Made by a program: the position numbers and the translations under genes
Part shown: positions 24,397-34,996 of the stretch, piece after piece
How positions within the stretch are numbered: position 1 is the first letter of the stretch
Layout: the number at the start of each line of letters is the position of its first letter
Virus record (IMG/VR): IMGVR_UViG_3300042934_000594
Location: 124,001-188,000 of that record
Strand: one strand, 5' to 3'
DNA: 64,000 bases
Notes under the pieces: model-generated
Databases searched by the model: none
What the model was told of the DNA's origin: nothing
What the model saw: the letters and a program-made list of their open reading frames with translations, nothing else

Positions 24397-26445
24397 ATGT
24401 ACGCCCAGACACAACCGATGCTTCCAGTAAACCCAGAACAAATCGATCAGTCCTGCATCAACCAGAACCTGCCCAATGGCAACGACATCTGGCCGCAGCT
24501 CCAGCGGATGCCGACTGGTATCGATGGGCAGACCATCCAGATGGCGGTCTCGTACTTCCGCTTCTTTGCACAGTCGCGTGCCGGCAAGAGCCGCCTGCAC
24601 ATCTTCGGTTACAACCTGCTGTCGCAGAACCGCTTCCAGAACCCCACCATGGTTCAGTGGTGCCAGCAAGCAGTGGACTTCACCGAGTTCTTGGTGCGAG
24701 CGCAGAACAACCCACCTCAGCAAGCAGCCGAGAAAGCCGCTGGCAAGATCTACATGGGTTATCTGTACAGCCTGGCAGCCACGCCACAGTTCGCCGTGCT
24801 GCAACAGTTCCCAGACGTCCAGCAACTGGCACAGGGTCTGAATGCCGCAGGTCAAGAGCTACAGGCCATCACCGCGGACGTGCAGAACTTCCAGCGTCAG
24901 ATGAGCGGCATGGGTAACAGCCCTTACGCATCGGTGAACGTCGGGGGTAGCAACCAGCTGCCTCCTATCGGTGGTGGGGGTTACAATAACGGGGCGCCCA
25001 ACATGCATGCCCAGCTCAGTGCTTACACCGTGTCTCAGCCGCAGGCCAGTGCCCCAGGTTCGTCCACGGCGCATCTGATGCCCACACCGACCACCGCCGG
25101 TGCTGCCAACAACGGCGCCACCAACGGCCGTTATCTGGACAACTCGCAGCAGTCGTGGGGCAGCAATGCACCACAAGCCAGTGCCCAGCCACCGGTCACC
25201 GTGGTCACCCAGACTCAACCCGCACAGCCCGTGCAGGATGAGCCGATCCCAACCGACCTGACACAGATCGTGGTCGATCCAGCGATGAATGCCCGCTTAG
25301 GGTTTGAAGTCAACCCGGACCGTCCATACGACCTGATCCACAACGCGGGCGGTATTGAAATCCGTCCAGCGTATCAATCCAAGTGGAAGCGCACGGTCGG
25401 TGATGACCAACCGTATGCAATGTTGGTTGACCCTGCACGTTGGATCATCTTCCATGTGAAGTGGCCTGATGGCGTGGTCAAGGAACTTCCTGTTGAGGTC
25501 GAGTCTGAAATGGAATACCTGTGTCACGAAATCAATGATCGACTGCGTGCCCAAGCGCGCAAGCCCGGCGGCAAGCAGGTCATGAGCACCCGCAACATCG
25601 TGGAATACAACGCGGTCCCCGAACCGATTCAGGAAGTGGACCAGCGTCAAGACCGCGAACTGGACGAGATCACGCCGGTGATTCTCGAGAACCTGTTCAC
25701 CTGCTCCACCGATCTGGAAAACGAGCGTGAAGCCCGTAACACCGTGATCGAGTTGCAAAAGCTCAACCCTGATGATCCGTTACCGGCGCATCAGTACACC
25801 AGTGTCAAGTGGCACAGTCTGGATGTGAGCAGTGAGTGCAGTGCAGAACTGATCGCCATCGCCAAGATGGACGATTGGGAAAAGGCCAACATGGCGCTGG
25901 ACAAACTGTCCCGCACCGGACTGTTACCTCTGCGTTACTTCCGGTTCATCAACGAGCGTCTGACCAATGCGGTCAATCGCTTCTTGGCTGACGCACTGTC
26001 GATCTCCACGATTCGCATCAGTGACTTCTCTGAAGACATTGTTGCGCTGGGTCCACACCTGGCGAAGAAACGTGGCCTGGAAGTGCAGCAGGTCTTTGAG
26101 CGTGAAGCATCGGCCATCCTCAAGCGGTGGTTGTGCTCAGGCTTTGAAGGTGACGACGATGCAGAAACCTTCGGCATCATGGACCAGTACATCAACTTGC
26201 AGTTGAGCTGGAGCCAGGATGAGATTGCCTCGCTGGCAATTGAGAACGAAGCGGTCCTGGTCAGCTCGGCCAGTCACCCGATGGTTCTCACCGTGATCCG
26301 GGATCTGCTGACACGCGTCAGTGCCAACTCCGATGATCTGCTCAAGCACACCCTGCGACTGATCACAGCCGACGGTTGCTACTACGAAATCATCCGTGGG
26401 CGCTTGATTGCTAACGCGATCTTGCTCAAACGCGAGCGGTTGTAA
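24397..26445 (+). CDS. Conserved hypothetical protein with central Q/N/P/G-rich low-complexity linker
   Basis: 682 aa, GAGG RBS; two globular regions separated by about 130 aa of low complexity. Confidence 0.7.
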   Translation: MYAQTQPMLPVNPEQIDQSCINQNLPNGNDIWPQLQRMPTGIDGQTIQMAVSYFRFFAQSRAGKSRLHIFGYNLLSQNRFQNPTMVQWCQQAVDFTEFLVRAQNNPPQQAAEKAAGKIYMGYLYSLAATPQFAVLQQFPDVQQLAQGLNAAGQELQAITADVQNFQRQMSGMGNSPYASVNVGGSNQLPPIGGGGYNNGAPNMHAQLSAYTVSQPQASAPGSSTAHLMPTPTTAGAANNGATNGRYLDNSQQSWGSNAPQASAQPPVTVVTQTQPAQPVQDEPIPTDLTQIVVDPAMNARLGFEVNPDRPYDLIHNAGGIEIRPAYQSKWKRTVGDDQPYAMLVDPARWIIFHVKWPDGVVKELPVEVESEMEYLCHEINDRLRAQARKPGGKQVMSTRNIVEYNAVPEPIQEVDQRQDRELDEITPVILENLFTCSTDLENEREARNTVIELQKLNPDDPLPAHQYTSVKWHSLDVSSECSAELIAIAKMDDWEKANMALDKLSRTGLLPLRYFRFINERLTNAVNRFLADALSISTIRISDFSEDIVALGPHLAKKRGLEVQQVFEREASAILKRWLCSGFEGDDDAETFGIMDQYINLQLSWSQDEIASLAIENEAVLVSSASHPMVLTVIRDLLTRVSANSDDLLKHTLRLITADGCYYEIIRGRLIANAILLKRERL

Positions 26446-26569
26446 CCTCTTCGGGGGTAGCTCGTGTCTGGGATGCCCCCGGACTTAGCTGATACTTGCA
26501 GCACGCGGCCTCCCGTTGGGGAGGCTGCTATTTTGCCGTCAATCTCATACCACTTTTTAGGGCTCAATC

Positions 26570-27214
26570 ATGAACGTTATTAATGCACTGCGTAACCTCT
26601 GGAACAAACCCACCAATTTCGCTCCTGTGCGTGCAGCATTCGCTGTGGTGCAGGACTATTTGCCCGCAGCGACCTACGATGCCAACGGTCGTCTGCAACT
26701 CGCTGAAAGGCCGCGTGTCACGCTTAACGACCCAACCGCTACCTATCTTAGCGGTAACGAGCGTTTGGTGCTACAGGCGCATCTGAGGGCCTTAGAGATG
26801 GACCTGGACAGGCTGGCTCGTGACTACGACGCCAAAGTCTACTCGGATGCCCTCATGGCCTACTATAAAGGCAAGGTTCATGTCCTCACTGGCCTGTGCG
26901 CCAAGGAGTTCTTCAGCCTGCTGCCCACGGAACGACGCACCCGCTTTATGCACCTGCCTGAAGCGGCCAAAGTCATCACCATCCTGGAACGGGGTGAGCA
27001 ACAGCGTGCCACCGGTTTTGGTGGTCACGTCAACGAGTACATCACCGGCAACCACAAAGCTCTGATGCGTCAATTGCACAAAACCTTCTTCCCCGGCCGT
27101 AAACCCAACTGGGACAAGATCAGTGTGCTGGAAGACAACGGCGTACACGTGTTCAGCGATCGCCAAGAACCGGGTGCACGTCTGACCTTCCGTAACCACC
27201 ACTTCAGCGTCTAA
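26570..27214 (+). CDS. Hypothetical protein
   Basis: 214-aa ORF between terminator hairpins. Confidence 0.65.
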   Translation: MNVINALRNLWNKPTNFAPVRAAFAVVQDYLPAATYDANGRLQLAERPRVTLNDPTATYLSGNERLVLQAHLRALEMDLDRLARDYDAKVYSDALMAYYKGKVHVLTGLCAKEFFSLLPTERRTRFMHLPEAAKVITILERGEQQRATGFGGHVNEYITGNHKALMRQLHKTFFPGRKPNWDKISVLEDNGVHVFSDRQEPGARLTFRNHHFSV

Positions 27215-27218
27215 ACGA

Positions 27219-27253
27219 CATAGAGCCCTCCCATTGCGGGAGGGCTTATGCCG
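27219..27253. terminator. Bidirectional hairpin flanked by CATA and TTATGCCG
   Basis: GCCCTCCC-ATTGC-GGGAGGGC between convergent genes. Confidence 0.7.
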
Positions 27254-27267
27254 CCTTTCTTTTTTCT

Positions 27268-27699
27268 TTACCCAATGAACGGCACGGTGGCCGGGTACTG
27301 GGGAAAGAACCCAATGCAGTCGTTGCGCGGTTGCAGGGTAACGGTGGTGCCGGAGAGCGGGAACTGCTCGCTGATGTCTGAGTCATCAAAGGGTAAGCCG
27401 TACAGCGCACTCATGGCCTTAGCAGCCGCTTTGGTCCCTGAGTAGTCCCCTGGTTTGCCCGGCATCTTTAACCCAAGCAAGTACTCACTCAAGCGCAGCC
27501 GGTTGTAGAACACGTACCGGGACCCGGTGCTGTGGACACTGTCCGGTTTGGCAGTGAGCAGCACCCGGGAGTTGCAGAGGTTTTGCAGGAACACCTCAGG
27601 CACCCCGAAAGTGACATCGTCCACGGTGAGTGGGGCGGTAAAGACATTGGTGCGGTTAAGCTCATCCACCAGCTGTTGGCGGGCGTGTGTGAAGTACAT
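27268..27699 (-). CDS. Virion structural protein (phiKZ gp126-like)
   Basis: 143 aa; YNRLRL motif shared with its neighbour and with ORF 45579; GAGG RBS. Confidence 0.55.
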   Translation of the reverse strand: MYFTHARQQLVDELNRTNVFTAPLTVDDVTFGVPEVFLQNLCNSRVLLTAKPDSVHSTGSRYVFYNRLRLSEYLLGLKMPGKPGDYSGTKAAAKAMSALYGLPFDDSDISEQFPLSGTTVTLQPRNDCIGFFPQYPATVPFIG

Positions 27700-27708
27700 A
27701 GACCCTCC

Positions 27709-28617
27709 TCAGTTATAGTGCATCAGCAAAGTGCCTTGAATGCCCGTGCTCAATGCAGCGTTCAACTCCAAGACCAACACGTTATTAAACGCCCCCACCC
27801 GGTGAGTGAACCGCTCCTTGGCAGGGCCGTTGTAAGCCACTTTGTAGGTGAGTTCTCCGCCATCGGTAGCAAAGGCCAAGTTAAAGGCGCTCGCCCCAGG
27901 AAGGAAGCGCCAGGCGTCTCCTGTGACCTTTGCCAGTATCCCCGCCAGGCGTTTACCCGAGATCGCGTAATTGTGGATACCGATCAGCTTTAGATCGTCG
28001 CGGTATGGGGTAAAATCAAAGGGCATGCCGTAGAACACCCCTTGGATTACCCCTGCCTTCCCAGCTGGGTAGACCAGCGCGTTAGGCACCTCGTTGACCT
28101 TGATCACCGTGTCCAGTTTCTCGCGCACGGTGTTGATCAGACGCAAACGCAACGACCCTGTCCAGCGCAGCGACCGAGGGTTGGCCTCCAGGGTGAGTTC
28201 CTGGTAGGGGTTATACTCAGTCAGACGCTGGTGCTGAAAGTCGTCCACATCAAACACGATGTTGTTGCGCGCACCGATGTCATTCATGATGTCAATGGTG
28301 GAGACCGGCAAGCGGTAACCATTGAGGTTTGCCGCCACCTGTTGCTTGAACTCCGTCTCCAAATCCAGTCGATCGTAACGAAAGACTTTCTCGGAGAACG
28401 CCGGTAGGATGTTCACGTTACTGGTTGAGCGCACCGCGGCTAAGGTAACTTGAACTTCTCGCCCAGCCAGTGGCTTGAACTCTTTGAGGGTGGTGGTGTT
28501 ACGGTCCAGCTGTAGGTACAGGCGGTCATTGACCATCTGTACCAAAGCCTCCCACGGGGGGAGGGTTAAATAGTCACGGGTGGTGAACATGGCAAGCCTC
28601 GTTAGAGTTTCGGCCAA
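27709..28617 (-). CDS. Virion structural protein (phiKZ gp127-like)
   Basis: 302 aa; FRYDRLDL...A.P.SL.WTG module typical of phiKZ-like virion proteins. Confidence 0.55.
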   Translation of the reverse strand: MAETLTRLAMFTTRDYLTLPPWEALVQMVNDRLYLQLDRNTTTLKEFKPLAGREVQVTLAAVRSTSNVNILPAFSEKVFRYDRLDLETEFKQQVAANLNGYRLPVSTIDIMNDIGARNNIVFDVDDFQHQRLTEYNPYQELTLEANPRSLRWTGSLRLRLINTVREKLDTVIKVNEVPNALVYPAGKAGVIQGVFYGMPFDFTPYRDDLKLIGIHNYAISGKRLAGILAKVTGDAWRFLPGASAFNLAFATDGGELTYKVAYNGPAKERFTHRVGAFNNVLVLELNAALSTGIQGTLLMHYN

Positions 28618-30770
28618 GCAGGATCGGTAGACGGTTCATAGTACGGCAGATCCCCTGAGTCGTCCGGGGTTTGCAGAGGTTTGTACTTAAAGCGCCGGGC
28701 AGTGATGTCCAGTACGTTCAGTCGGAAGCGGCTGAAGGAATCGTTGACCAACCGGATCGGGACAGTGGCATCGATCGGAATGGTTTGCTGACTCTCACGC
28801 ACCCCCACCGAGATTTCCGGCATGATGTCTTTCTGGGTCAAGTCCACACCCTGACGGTGCAGGCCTTTGAACTTGGTCACGTCCACCAACGGGATGTTGA
28901 TGTGGTCATGCGATTTGATCATCGCCCCCAGATCACCAAAGCGGGTGGATGGAATCCCCAGGAAGTGGAAGTCACTGTAGGTGGTGTTACGCAGGAACTG
29001 CACCGAGTAGGATGACAGTTGCGACATCATCTTGAGCAGGTACTTCTGGATCGTGGAGATGCTCAAGCGGTTAAACAGGTTCGACCCGGTGGCCACGTTG
29101 ATGCAGTCCAGCATCAGTTGGTCCAAGTCCGCCATGTTCAAATCCAGGATGTCAAAGCCTGCATTCCCCAAGTAGTCTTCAAAGGACTGAACACCGTCAA
29201 CCAGCCGGCACTTGATATGCATGTAATGCCGGTCCACCAACTGCTGACCACCCCCGCGGGTGCGGTAGTGTTCCTGGAAGGAGTAAAGCATCCAGAGCTT
29301 TTTATACTCAGCATGCTGTCGTTCGCAATCAAGGTAGAATTGTTCGGTGGAGATATAGGAGTCATTGAACGGGGTGACCCGGTCCATGATGGCCTGAATC
29401 ATGCCTTTGGGAATATACGCCTGGTTCACAATCCCGGCCAACTCCGGGTACGTCGGCAGTTTCGGACGCAGGACGTCGTACGCGATGATCTGAGGGATGC
29501 TGGTCAGCTCCAACCCCCGGGTCTTTTGGAACGCGTAGAACATCACGATGAACGCGTCTTTGACCGTCATCGACATCGCCACCCCGGTCAACGGGTTGGT
29601 GACATTGATGTACGCTCGATACTTTCCTGACGCAGCCAAGTACAACCACTCGTTGATCAGGATGTGATCCAACGTGCGCATCGAGGAGTTACTGCGGTCA
29701 ATGACCTCAGAGTCCAGGATCTTAGTGGGCAAGGAGCTGTAGGCTTGCGAGCGAACGGCGTCGATGATGTCCACTTCCGCTTGCCCTTGCACCACGGAGT
29801 TTTCACGGGCGATACGCGCCTGACGTTCCAGCACCAAGGCCACCGAGGACTTCTCCTGCCCTTCCTGGATGGTCTTCATGTTGATGTCCCGGCGTTCCAG
29901 CTCCACCGTTGGGTAGAGGGACTCAGGCATGCCTTCCACGTTCTGGATCAAGGTGTACTCGAGCACCGGGATGTTGCGTGGGGTGAGGATGTTGTCCACC
30001 AGGCGGTTGAACGTTTCCTGCTTACCCACGTTGCGCTGCACCCAACGCAAGTTCCGGTACAGCCACATCAACGAACTGCGGGTCAAATACGGGATGTATT
30101 CATCCAGCCGTCCGTTAGAGGCCAGGTACTGACGGATGTGGAAACTGTGGGCCATCGACGTGCGGGCATTGCGCAGGCGCAGCAGTTTGATCGCACACAC
30201 CACGTGGTGAAACATCTGACCCCAGAAGGTTTGCAAGTACAGATCGTCGATCATCAAGTACTGCTCGTTCAGCCAGCGCACGAAGTACGCATGGATAAAG
30301 CCCTGCAAGTCATTGATGAAGGTGTCCTCGTTCTCCTCCACGTATTGTGGATCATAGTACAAAATATCCCCATTATCTGAATCGATAGCCTTTTGGATGT
30401 CGACGGGGAAGATGATGCCCTTGATCAGGTCCGCTTGAGAAGGGTATTTAGCCACCAGGAACTTGTAGTACACCGTACCCGGTTTGTAGTTACGGGCTGT
30501 GGCGCGGTGGATCTGTAAGTTCTCCAGCGTGAAGTCGATCATCTCCAGCGTATCCATGGAGCGCACCTGCATAGGCATGTCGGTGCTGTGATAGCGCCCG
30601 GCCATATTCAGGTAATATTTCCAAGTCTTGGGATCGCTTGAGTCCACGACTACGTTTCTTGACAACAGCTGTGCGTTCATGACTTGAGCGGCAAAGTCGC
30701 ACTTGATCACCAGCGAACGGCACAGGCTGATGATGTCTTTCATATAAACAGTGTAGTACATACTGCTCAT
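28602..30770 (-). CDS. Virion/baseplate protein (phiKZ gp128-like)
   Basis: 722 aa; WKYYLNMAGRYH motif; divergent from the portal gene as in phiKZ. Confidence 0.6.
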   Translation of the reverse strand: MSSMYYTVYMKDIISLCRSLVIKCDFAAQVMNAQLLSRNVVVDSSDPKTWKYYLNMAGRYHSTDMPMQVRSMDTLEMIDFTLENLQIHRATARNYKPGTVYYKFLVAKYPSQADLIKGIIFPVDIQKAIDSDNGDILYYDPQYVEENEDTFINDLQGFIHAYFVRWLNEQYLMIDDLYLQTFWGQMFHHVVCAIKLLRLRNARTSMAHSFHIRQYLASNGRLDEYIPYLTRSSLMWLYRNLRWVQRNVGKQETFNRLVDNILTPRNIPVLEYTLIQNVEGMPESLYPTVELERRDINMKTIQEGQEKSSVALVLERQARIARENSVVQGQAEVDIIDAVRSQAYSSLPTKILDSEVIDRSNSSMRTLDHILINEWLYLAASGKYRAYINVTNPLTGVAMSMTVKDAFIVMFYAFQKTRGLELTSIPQIIAYDVLRPKLPTYPELAGIVNQAYIPKGMIQAIMDRVTPFNDSYISTEQFYLDCERQHAEYKKLWMLYSFQEHYRTRGGGQQLVDRHYMHIKCRLVDGVQSFEDYLGNAGFDILDLNMADLDQLMLDCINVATGSNLFNRLSISTIQKYLLKMMSQLSSYSVQFLRNTTYSDFHFLGIPSTRFGDLGAMIKSHDHINIPLVDVTKFKGLHRQGVDLTQKDIMPEISVGVRESQQTIPIDATVPIRLVNDSFSRFRLNVLDITARRFKYKPLQTPDDSGDLPYYEPSTDPAWPKL

Positions 30771-30810
30771 GGTTTACACCCAGCGGTTAGTAATTAGGGG
30801 AAATTAGGTA

Positions 30811-33800
30811 ATGGCTATCAATGGCGGCAAGAATGAACAAGCGTACCCTAAGCTGACGCCGGTGCGTTCAGCTGCGGCGCAAGAGATCAAAGCGCTGCAA
30901 AGCAAGCTGATCCATGATCCGACCGCACCACGTCGCTCCAGCGCAGAAGCTCGCCACTTGCCTGTCTCGCGCTGGTCGTTGGACCGGATCGCTAACAAAA
31001 CCGCGCAGAACATCATCGACTCCGATTCAATCAGTCAACTGCTGCCGGACATCGAGTTGGTGGAACAGATCCTGGTGGGTTCGATTCTATCGCCCAAGGA
31101 CATGTCCACCACAGAGATCAACTTCAAGTTGGCAGAAGGTCAGTTTGACGGGGAAATCGGCCGTCCGATGCTGGACGTCATTGAAGGCCATTTCAAGCAC
31201 GACTATAAAATAGACGATCGCCTGGACTTGGACCTGCAAGAAGCCTTGATGACCAAGGGCGCACACATCAAAGCGGTGCTGCCTGAAAACAATTTGGACA
31301 TGATCATCAACGGCAATCGCAAGCTGTCGATGGAGCAGTTCAACGTGGCCCTGTCCCGGGCCCAGGACGATAAGCAGCTGGGCTTTTTGGGACATCCCAC
31401 TCAAGCCAACATCGGCCTGGAGAACTTCAACGGCCGCACCCTGGAACAAATGCTTCAGGTCAAGGGGAAGTTCACGATCTCACTGGAAGACGGCAAGAGC
31501 CAAACCGTGGAGCACACGCTCAAAGGACTGCACGTCACTGACAACTTCAACGTTCTTAAAGGCACCAAGTTCAAGCGTCAAAAGCGTGAACGGCACGTGG
31601 CTGATAAGCTCAAGCGGTTGCGGGTGTCGGTTGAGCAAGCCACCCAGGACTTGGGTCTGGACCCTGGGGTTGACCCAGTGCAGCACGATGTCAACAAGGG
31701 CCTGACCAGCGAGCAGATCGATCAGCTGTACCGCCGCAGTCAACCGCGTTCTCAGCAGACGCAGGTCCTGGTCAGTCAGGCGTTCATGGAACGGGCCCCT
31801 GTGGGCCACCCCCTGGCGATTGACTTGCCCATGGAATCGGTCGTCCCGGTGTACACCCCAGGCAAGCCCGATGACCACGTGGGCTACTTTGTACTGCTGG
31901 ATCAGTTCGGTCGTCCGATCTGTAAATCTGATGGCCGTGACTACTACGGGGAAATGCGCACCAGCTTCAACGGCAACCAGAAGGACAACTCCTCTGAATT
32001 GCTACGCATGACGCGTGACGCCATGGGTAACGGCAAACAGGAATCGACCTTCGAGCTGGATCAGATCTACCAGACCTACGAAGGCATCCTGGAGAACGAC
32101 CTCCAGAACCGTCTGCGCAACGGCATGTACGACGAAGACATGACCATCGGTCTGAGCCAGGAGATCAAGCGGATCATGCTGTACCGCTCCTTCAAGGCAC
32201 AGAATACGCAGCTCTTGTACATTCCTGCTGAGTTGGTGACGTACATCGCGTTCAACTACAACCAGGACGGTGTGGGTGAGACGCTGCTGTCGCGCTCCAA
32301 GATCCTGGCCAACATGCGCTCGATCTTGTTGTTTGCCGAAACCATGTCGGGCGTGCGTAACGCCATCGGCCGCAAGAAGGTGCAGATCACCACAGACGTA
32401 GATGATCCGGACCCACAGCAAACGATCTCGGACGTGCAATCGTTGATCCTGGAACAGGCTCACCGTGGCTTCCCTCTGGGGGCACCGGACCCTGCCCAGT
32501 CCTTGGACTACCTCAACCGTGCCGGCTACGACTTCAGCATCGACAGCCAGCAAGACGGGTACGCCAACACCAAGGTTGAGTTCGACGACTACACCACCAA
32601 CCAGCAGGCCGGTTCACCGGACTTGCAGGATAAGCTGCGCCGGATGCATGCGTCGGGCATGGGGGTCAACCCTGACCTCGTCGACCCAACGTCATCGCCT
32701 GACTTTGCCGTCAGTGTGGTCAACAACAACCTGATCATGACCCGTCGTGTGAAGTTCTATCAAAAGATCTTCACGGGTCACTACACCAAGTTCGTGCGTT
32801 GCTACACCCGGCATAGTTCTACGCTGCTGGCAGATCTATTGGAGGTCTACGAAGACCACAAAGACATGTTGACCCCGGAACAGCAGAAGTTGACACCGGA
32901 GGAGCTGGTTGAGGAGTTCATCAACGCAGTGATCCTCCACTTGCCTGAGCCGGACAACACACAACTGGAAATCCAATCGGAGTCGTTTAGCAAGTACAAC
33001 GAGATCCTGGAATCGGCCCTGGCGGCGTACATCACCGAAGACATGTTCCCTGAGGAACTTATGGGTGAGCGTGCAAGCCTGGTACAGAAAGCCATCGCCG
33101 AGATCAAAGGGTACTTCCAACGGCAGTTCTTGGCACGCAACAACATTCTGCCGGAGCTGGATATCCTCACCCGCATGGATGGGGACAAGCCTGCCTTCAG
33201 CTTGCTTGATTCGACCTTGGCCATGGGCGAAAGCTTGGGCACTGCGTTGTTGCAGTACTTCAATGCCATGGAGGAGCGTAAAGCGAAGATGGAGGCAGCC
33301 AATCCCGCACCGGTGATCGAGGGTGCAGATGGGCAAGATGGCATGGGTGCGGGTGACGGTGGCCTTGAAACGGACACTGCTGCCTTGGGCACTGGAGTTG
33401 ACGGTGATGAGCCTGGCGATGGCCTGGGTGACCTTGGTGGTGGCGGTGGTGCTGACGATCTCGGATTCGACGCCCCTGGATTGGATGCCCCTGGAGGCGC
33501 GCCTGCCGACGCTGGAACTACCGGCGCAGAAGCCGATGACCTTGGTGGATTCGACGCCCCCTCCTTAGACGGCGGGGCTGAGACAGCACCTGAGTCGTTG
33601 GACACAGCGGCGGCACCTGAAGCGGCTGACGCAGCAGAGCCTGCTGCCGAACCTGCTGAAGACGCCCCAGTGACTGGGGAACCGGAGGCCGAGGCACTGA
33701 TGGAAACCGAAAGCTTGGACGCTCCAGAGGAACAGACTTCAGAACCGGAGCCTGTAGCCGAAGAACCGGAGGAGCCTGAGTCCGAGGAAGAACCTGAAGT

Positions 33801-34035
33801 CGAAGAGCCGGATCTCGACGCACCGCAGGGGATGGAAGCAGAATCGATTCAGGCTCGTAAAGAGCAGGAAGCGAAGGAGCGCGAAGACGCAGCCAAAGCC
33901 TTGGAAGAGGAAGAGGCTGCCAAAGGCGCCGATGGTAACTTGGAAACCCCTGACTTGGATGACAAGAAAGAGGAAGACCAACCAGACGAGGAAAAAGAGG
34001 ACGACCTCGACACTCCAGACCTGGACAAGAAGTAA
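30811..34035 (+). CDS. Portal protein (phiKZ gp129-like) with long acidic C-terminal tail
   Basis: 1074 aa; IELVEQILVGSILSPKDM N-terminal segment; synteny; last ~230 aa D/E/A/P/G-rich. Confidence 0.75.
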   Translation: MAINGGKNEQAYPKLTPVRSAAAQEIKALQSKLIHDPTAPRRSSAEARHLPVSRWSLDRIANKTAQNIIDSDSISQLLPDIELVEQILVGSILSPKDMSTTEINFKLAEGQFDGEIGRPMLDVIEGHFKHDYKIDDRLDLDLQEALMTKGAHIKAVLPENNLDMIINGNRKLSMEQFNVALSRAQDDKQLGFLGHPTQANIGLENFNGRTLEQMLQVKGKFTISLEDGKSQTVEHTLKGLHVTDNFNVLKGTKFKRQKRERHVADKLKRLRVSVEQATQDLGLDPGVDPVQHDVNKGLTSEQIDQLYRRSQPRSQQTQVLVSQAFMERAPVGHPLAIDLPMESVVPVYTPGKPDDHVGYFVLLDQFGRPICKSDGRDYYGEMRTSFNGNQKDNSSELLRMTRDAMGNGKQESTFELDQIYQTYEGILENDLQNRLRNGMYDEDMTIGLSQEIKRIMLYRSFKAQNTQLLYIPAELVTYIAFNYNQDGVGETLLSRSKILANMRSILLFAETMSGVRNAIGRKKVQITTDVDDPDPQQTISDVQSLILEQAHRGFPLGAPDPAQSLDYLNRAGYDFSIDSQQDGYANTKVEFDDYTTNQQAGSPDLQDKLRRMHASGMGVNPDLVDPTSSPDFAVSVVNNNLIMTRRVKFYQKIFTGHYTKFVRCYTRHSSTLLADLLEVYEDHKDMLTPEQQKLTPEELVEEFINAVILHLPEPDNTQLEIQSESFSKYNEILESALAAYITEDMFPEELMGERASLVQKAIAEIKGYFQRQFLARNNILPELDILTRMDGDKPAFSLLDSTLAMGESLGTALLQYFNAMEERKAKMEAANPAPVIEGADGQDGMGAGDGGLETDTAALGTGVDGDEPGDGLGDLGGGGGADDLGFDAPGLDAPGGAPADAGTTGAEADDLGGFDAPSLDGGAETAPESLDTAAAPEAADAAEPAAEPAEDAPVTGEPEAEALMETESLDAPEEQTSEPEPVAEEPEEPESEEEPEVEEPDLDAPQGMEAESIQARKEQEAKEREDAAKALEEEEAAKGADGNLETPDLDDKKEEDQPDEEKEDDLDTPDLDKK

Positions 34036-34036
34036 A

Positions 34037-34072
34037 CATAGGCCCCTCCCCGTAGGGAGGGGCTTTATGCCG
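34037..34072. terminator. Bidirectional hairpin flanked by CATA and TTTATGCCGT
   Basis: GCCCCTCCC-CGTA-GGGAGGGGC between convergent genes. Confidence 0.75.
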
Positions 34073-34987
34073 TTACAGAATCAATTCCAACACAGGGCGC
34101 CAACCTGTGGTGGTGTTAGCGGTGGCGTAATCGGTTTGGGAGAGTTGATCAAAAGAGCTAAACCCCCGAGCGATGTAGGTACTGTTGTTGTTCCAACTGT
34201 CGGCGCACATGAAGTACTGCCCGGCGTTGAGGTTGTCATCGAAGTTCCCCACGTTGGAGGGAATCGACGGTTGGTTGTTAAACAGTGACCGGCCGATGTA
34301 AGCAAGGCCCAACAGCTGATCCACTTCACCGGCGTACAAACCCGGTGCTGCGGTATCCAACACCGCTGGACTCAATCGGGTTAACGGCATGCGCACCACA
34401 AACTGGTGGTCACCGCGTTGCACGGTGACGCCCTGTGGAACAACCCCGTACGTGGTCTTGACGTAGCTCGGCCAATTGGCTTGAGGCTCGTTGCCGTAGA
34501 CCAACCCTGCCATGTAGAACGCGCGCCAGTTCTGGCTGGTCATCATGACCGCATCGGGGAAGAACAGGATCTTGCCTTTATAGACAAACTTACCCCAGTT
34601 GGTTGCCGTGTCCACACCCCCACCCAAACCTGGGAGGACCAGGCTGCGCAGTTCCGCTGGACTGAAGACGTCCTCGACCGCTACGCGCCCAAAGTACCCG
34701 CACTCCCAAGTGCCGCGCAGCAGCGTCTGAGGGCCCGGTCCTGTGTAAGGCATGTTGGCGATCGGGGTGTTGACCGACAGGGTTTCATCCGCACCCACCA
34801 CGACCCCTACGCGGTAGTGGTACACCTGGTTACGCAGGGCCGTGTCATCCTGGTAGAACTTGGTGCCCTTAGCGATCGTGGCCAAGGGCACCGGTAGAGC
34901 GTTGTCTAAGATCGGCGTGTCCTGACGGTACAGACGGTAGGAGTCTGCCGCGGTGTTCAGGTCGACCCATTCGACTTTAACAGGCAT
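34073..34987 (-). CDS. Tail/baseplate protein, phiKZ gp131-135-like family, with N-terminal Fn3-like domain
   Basis: GPGPQTLLRG..GYFG, KFVYKGKILF and C-terminal GWRPVLELIL. Confidence 0.7.
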   Translation of the reverse strand: MPVKVEWVDLNTAADSYRLYRQDTPILDNALPVPLATIAKGTKFYQDDTALRNQVYHYRVGVVVGADETLSVNTPIANMPYTGPGPQTLLRGTWECGYFGRVAVEDVFSPAELRSLVLPGLGGGVDTATNWGKFVYKGKILFFPDAVMMTSQNWRAFYMAGLVYGNEPQANWPSYVKTTYGVVPQGVTVQRGDHQFVVRMPLTRLSPAVLDTAAPGLYAGEVDQLLGLAYIGRSLFNNQPSIPSNVGNFDDNLNAGQYFMCADSWNNNSTYIARGFSSFDQLSQTDYATANTTTGWRPVLELIL

Positions 34988-34996
34988 GGGAGCTCC

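Noticed and set aside
26446-26545. GGGGGTAGCTC start resembling a tRNA 5' end
   Set aside because: No T-loop (TTCRA), anticodon arm or acceptor complement; the region holds only a terminator-like hairpin.
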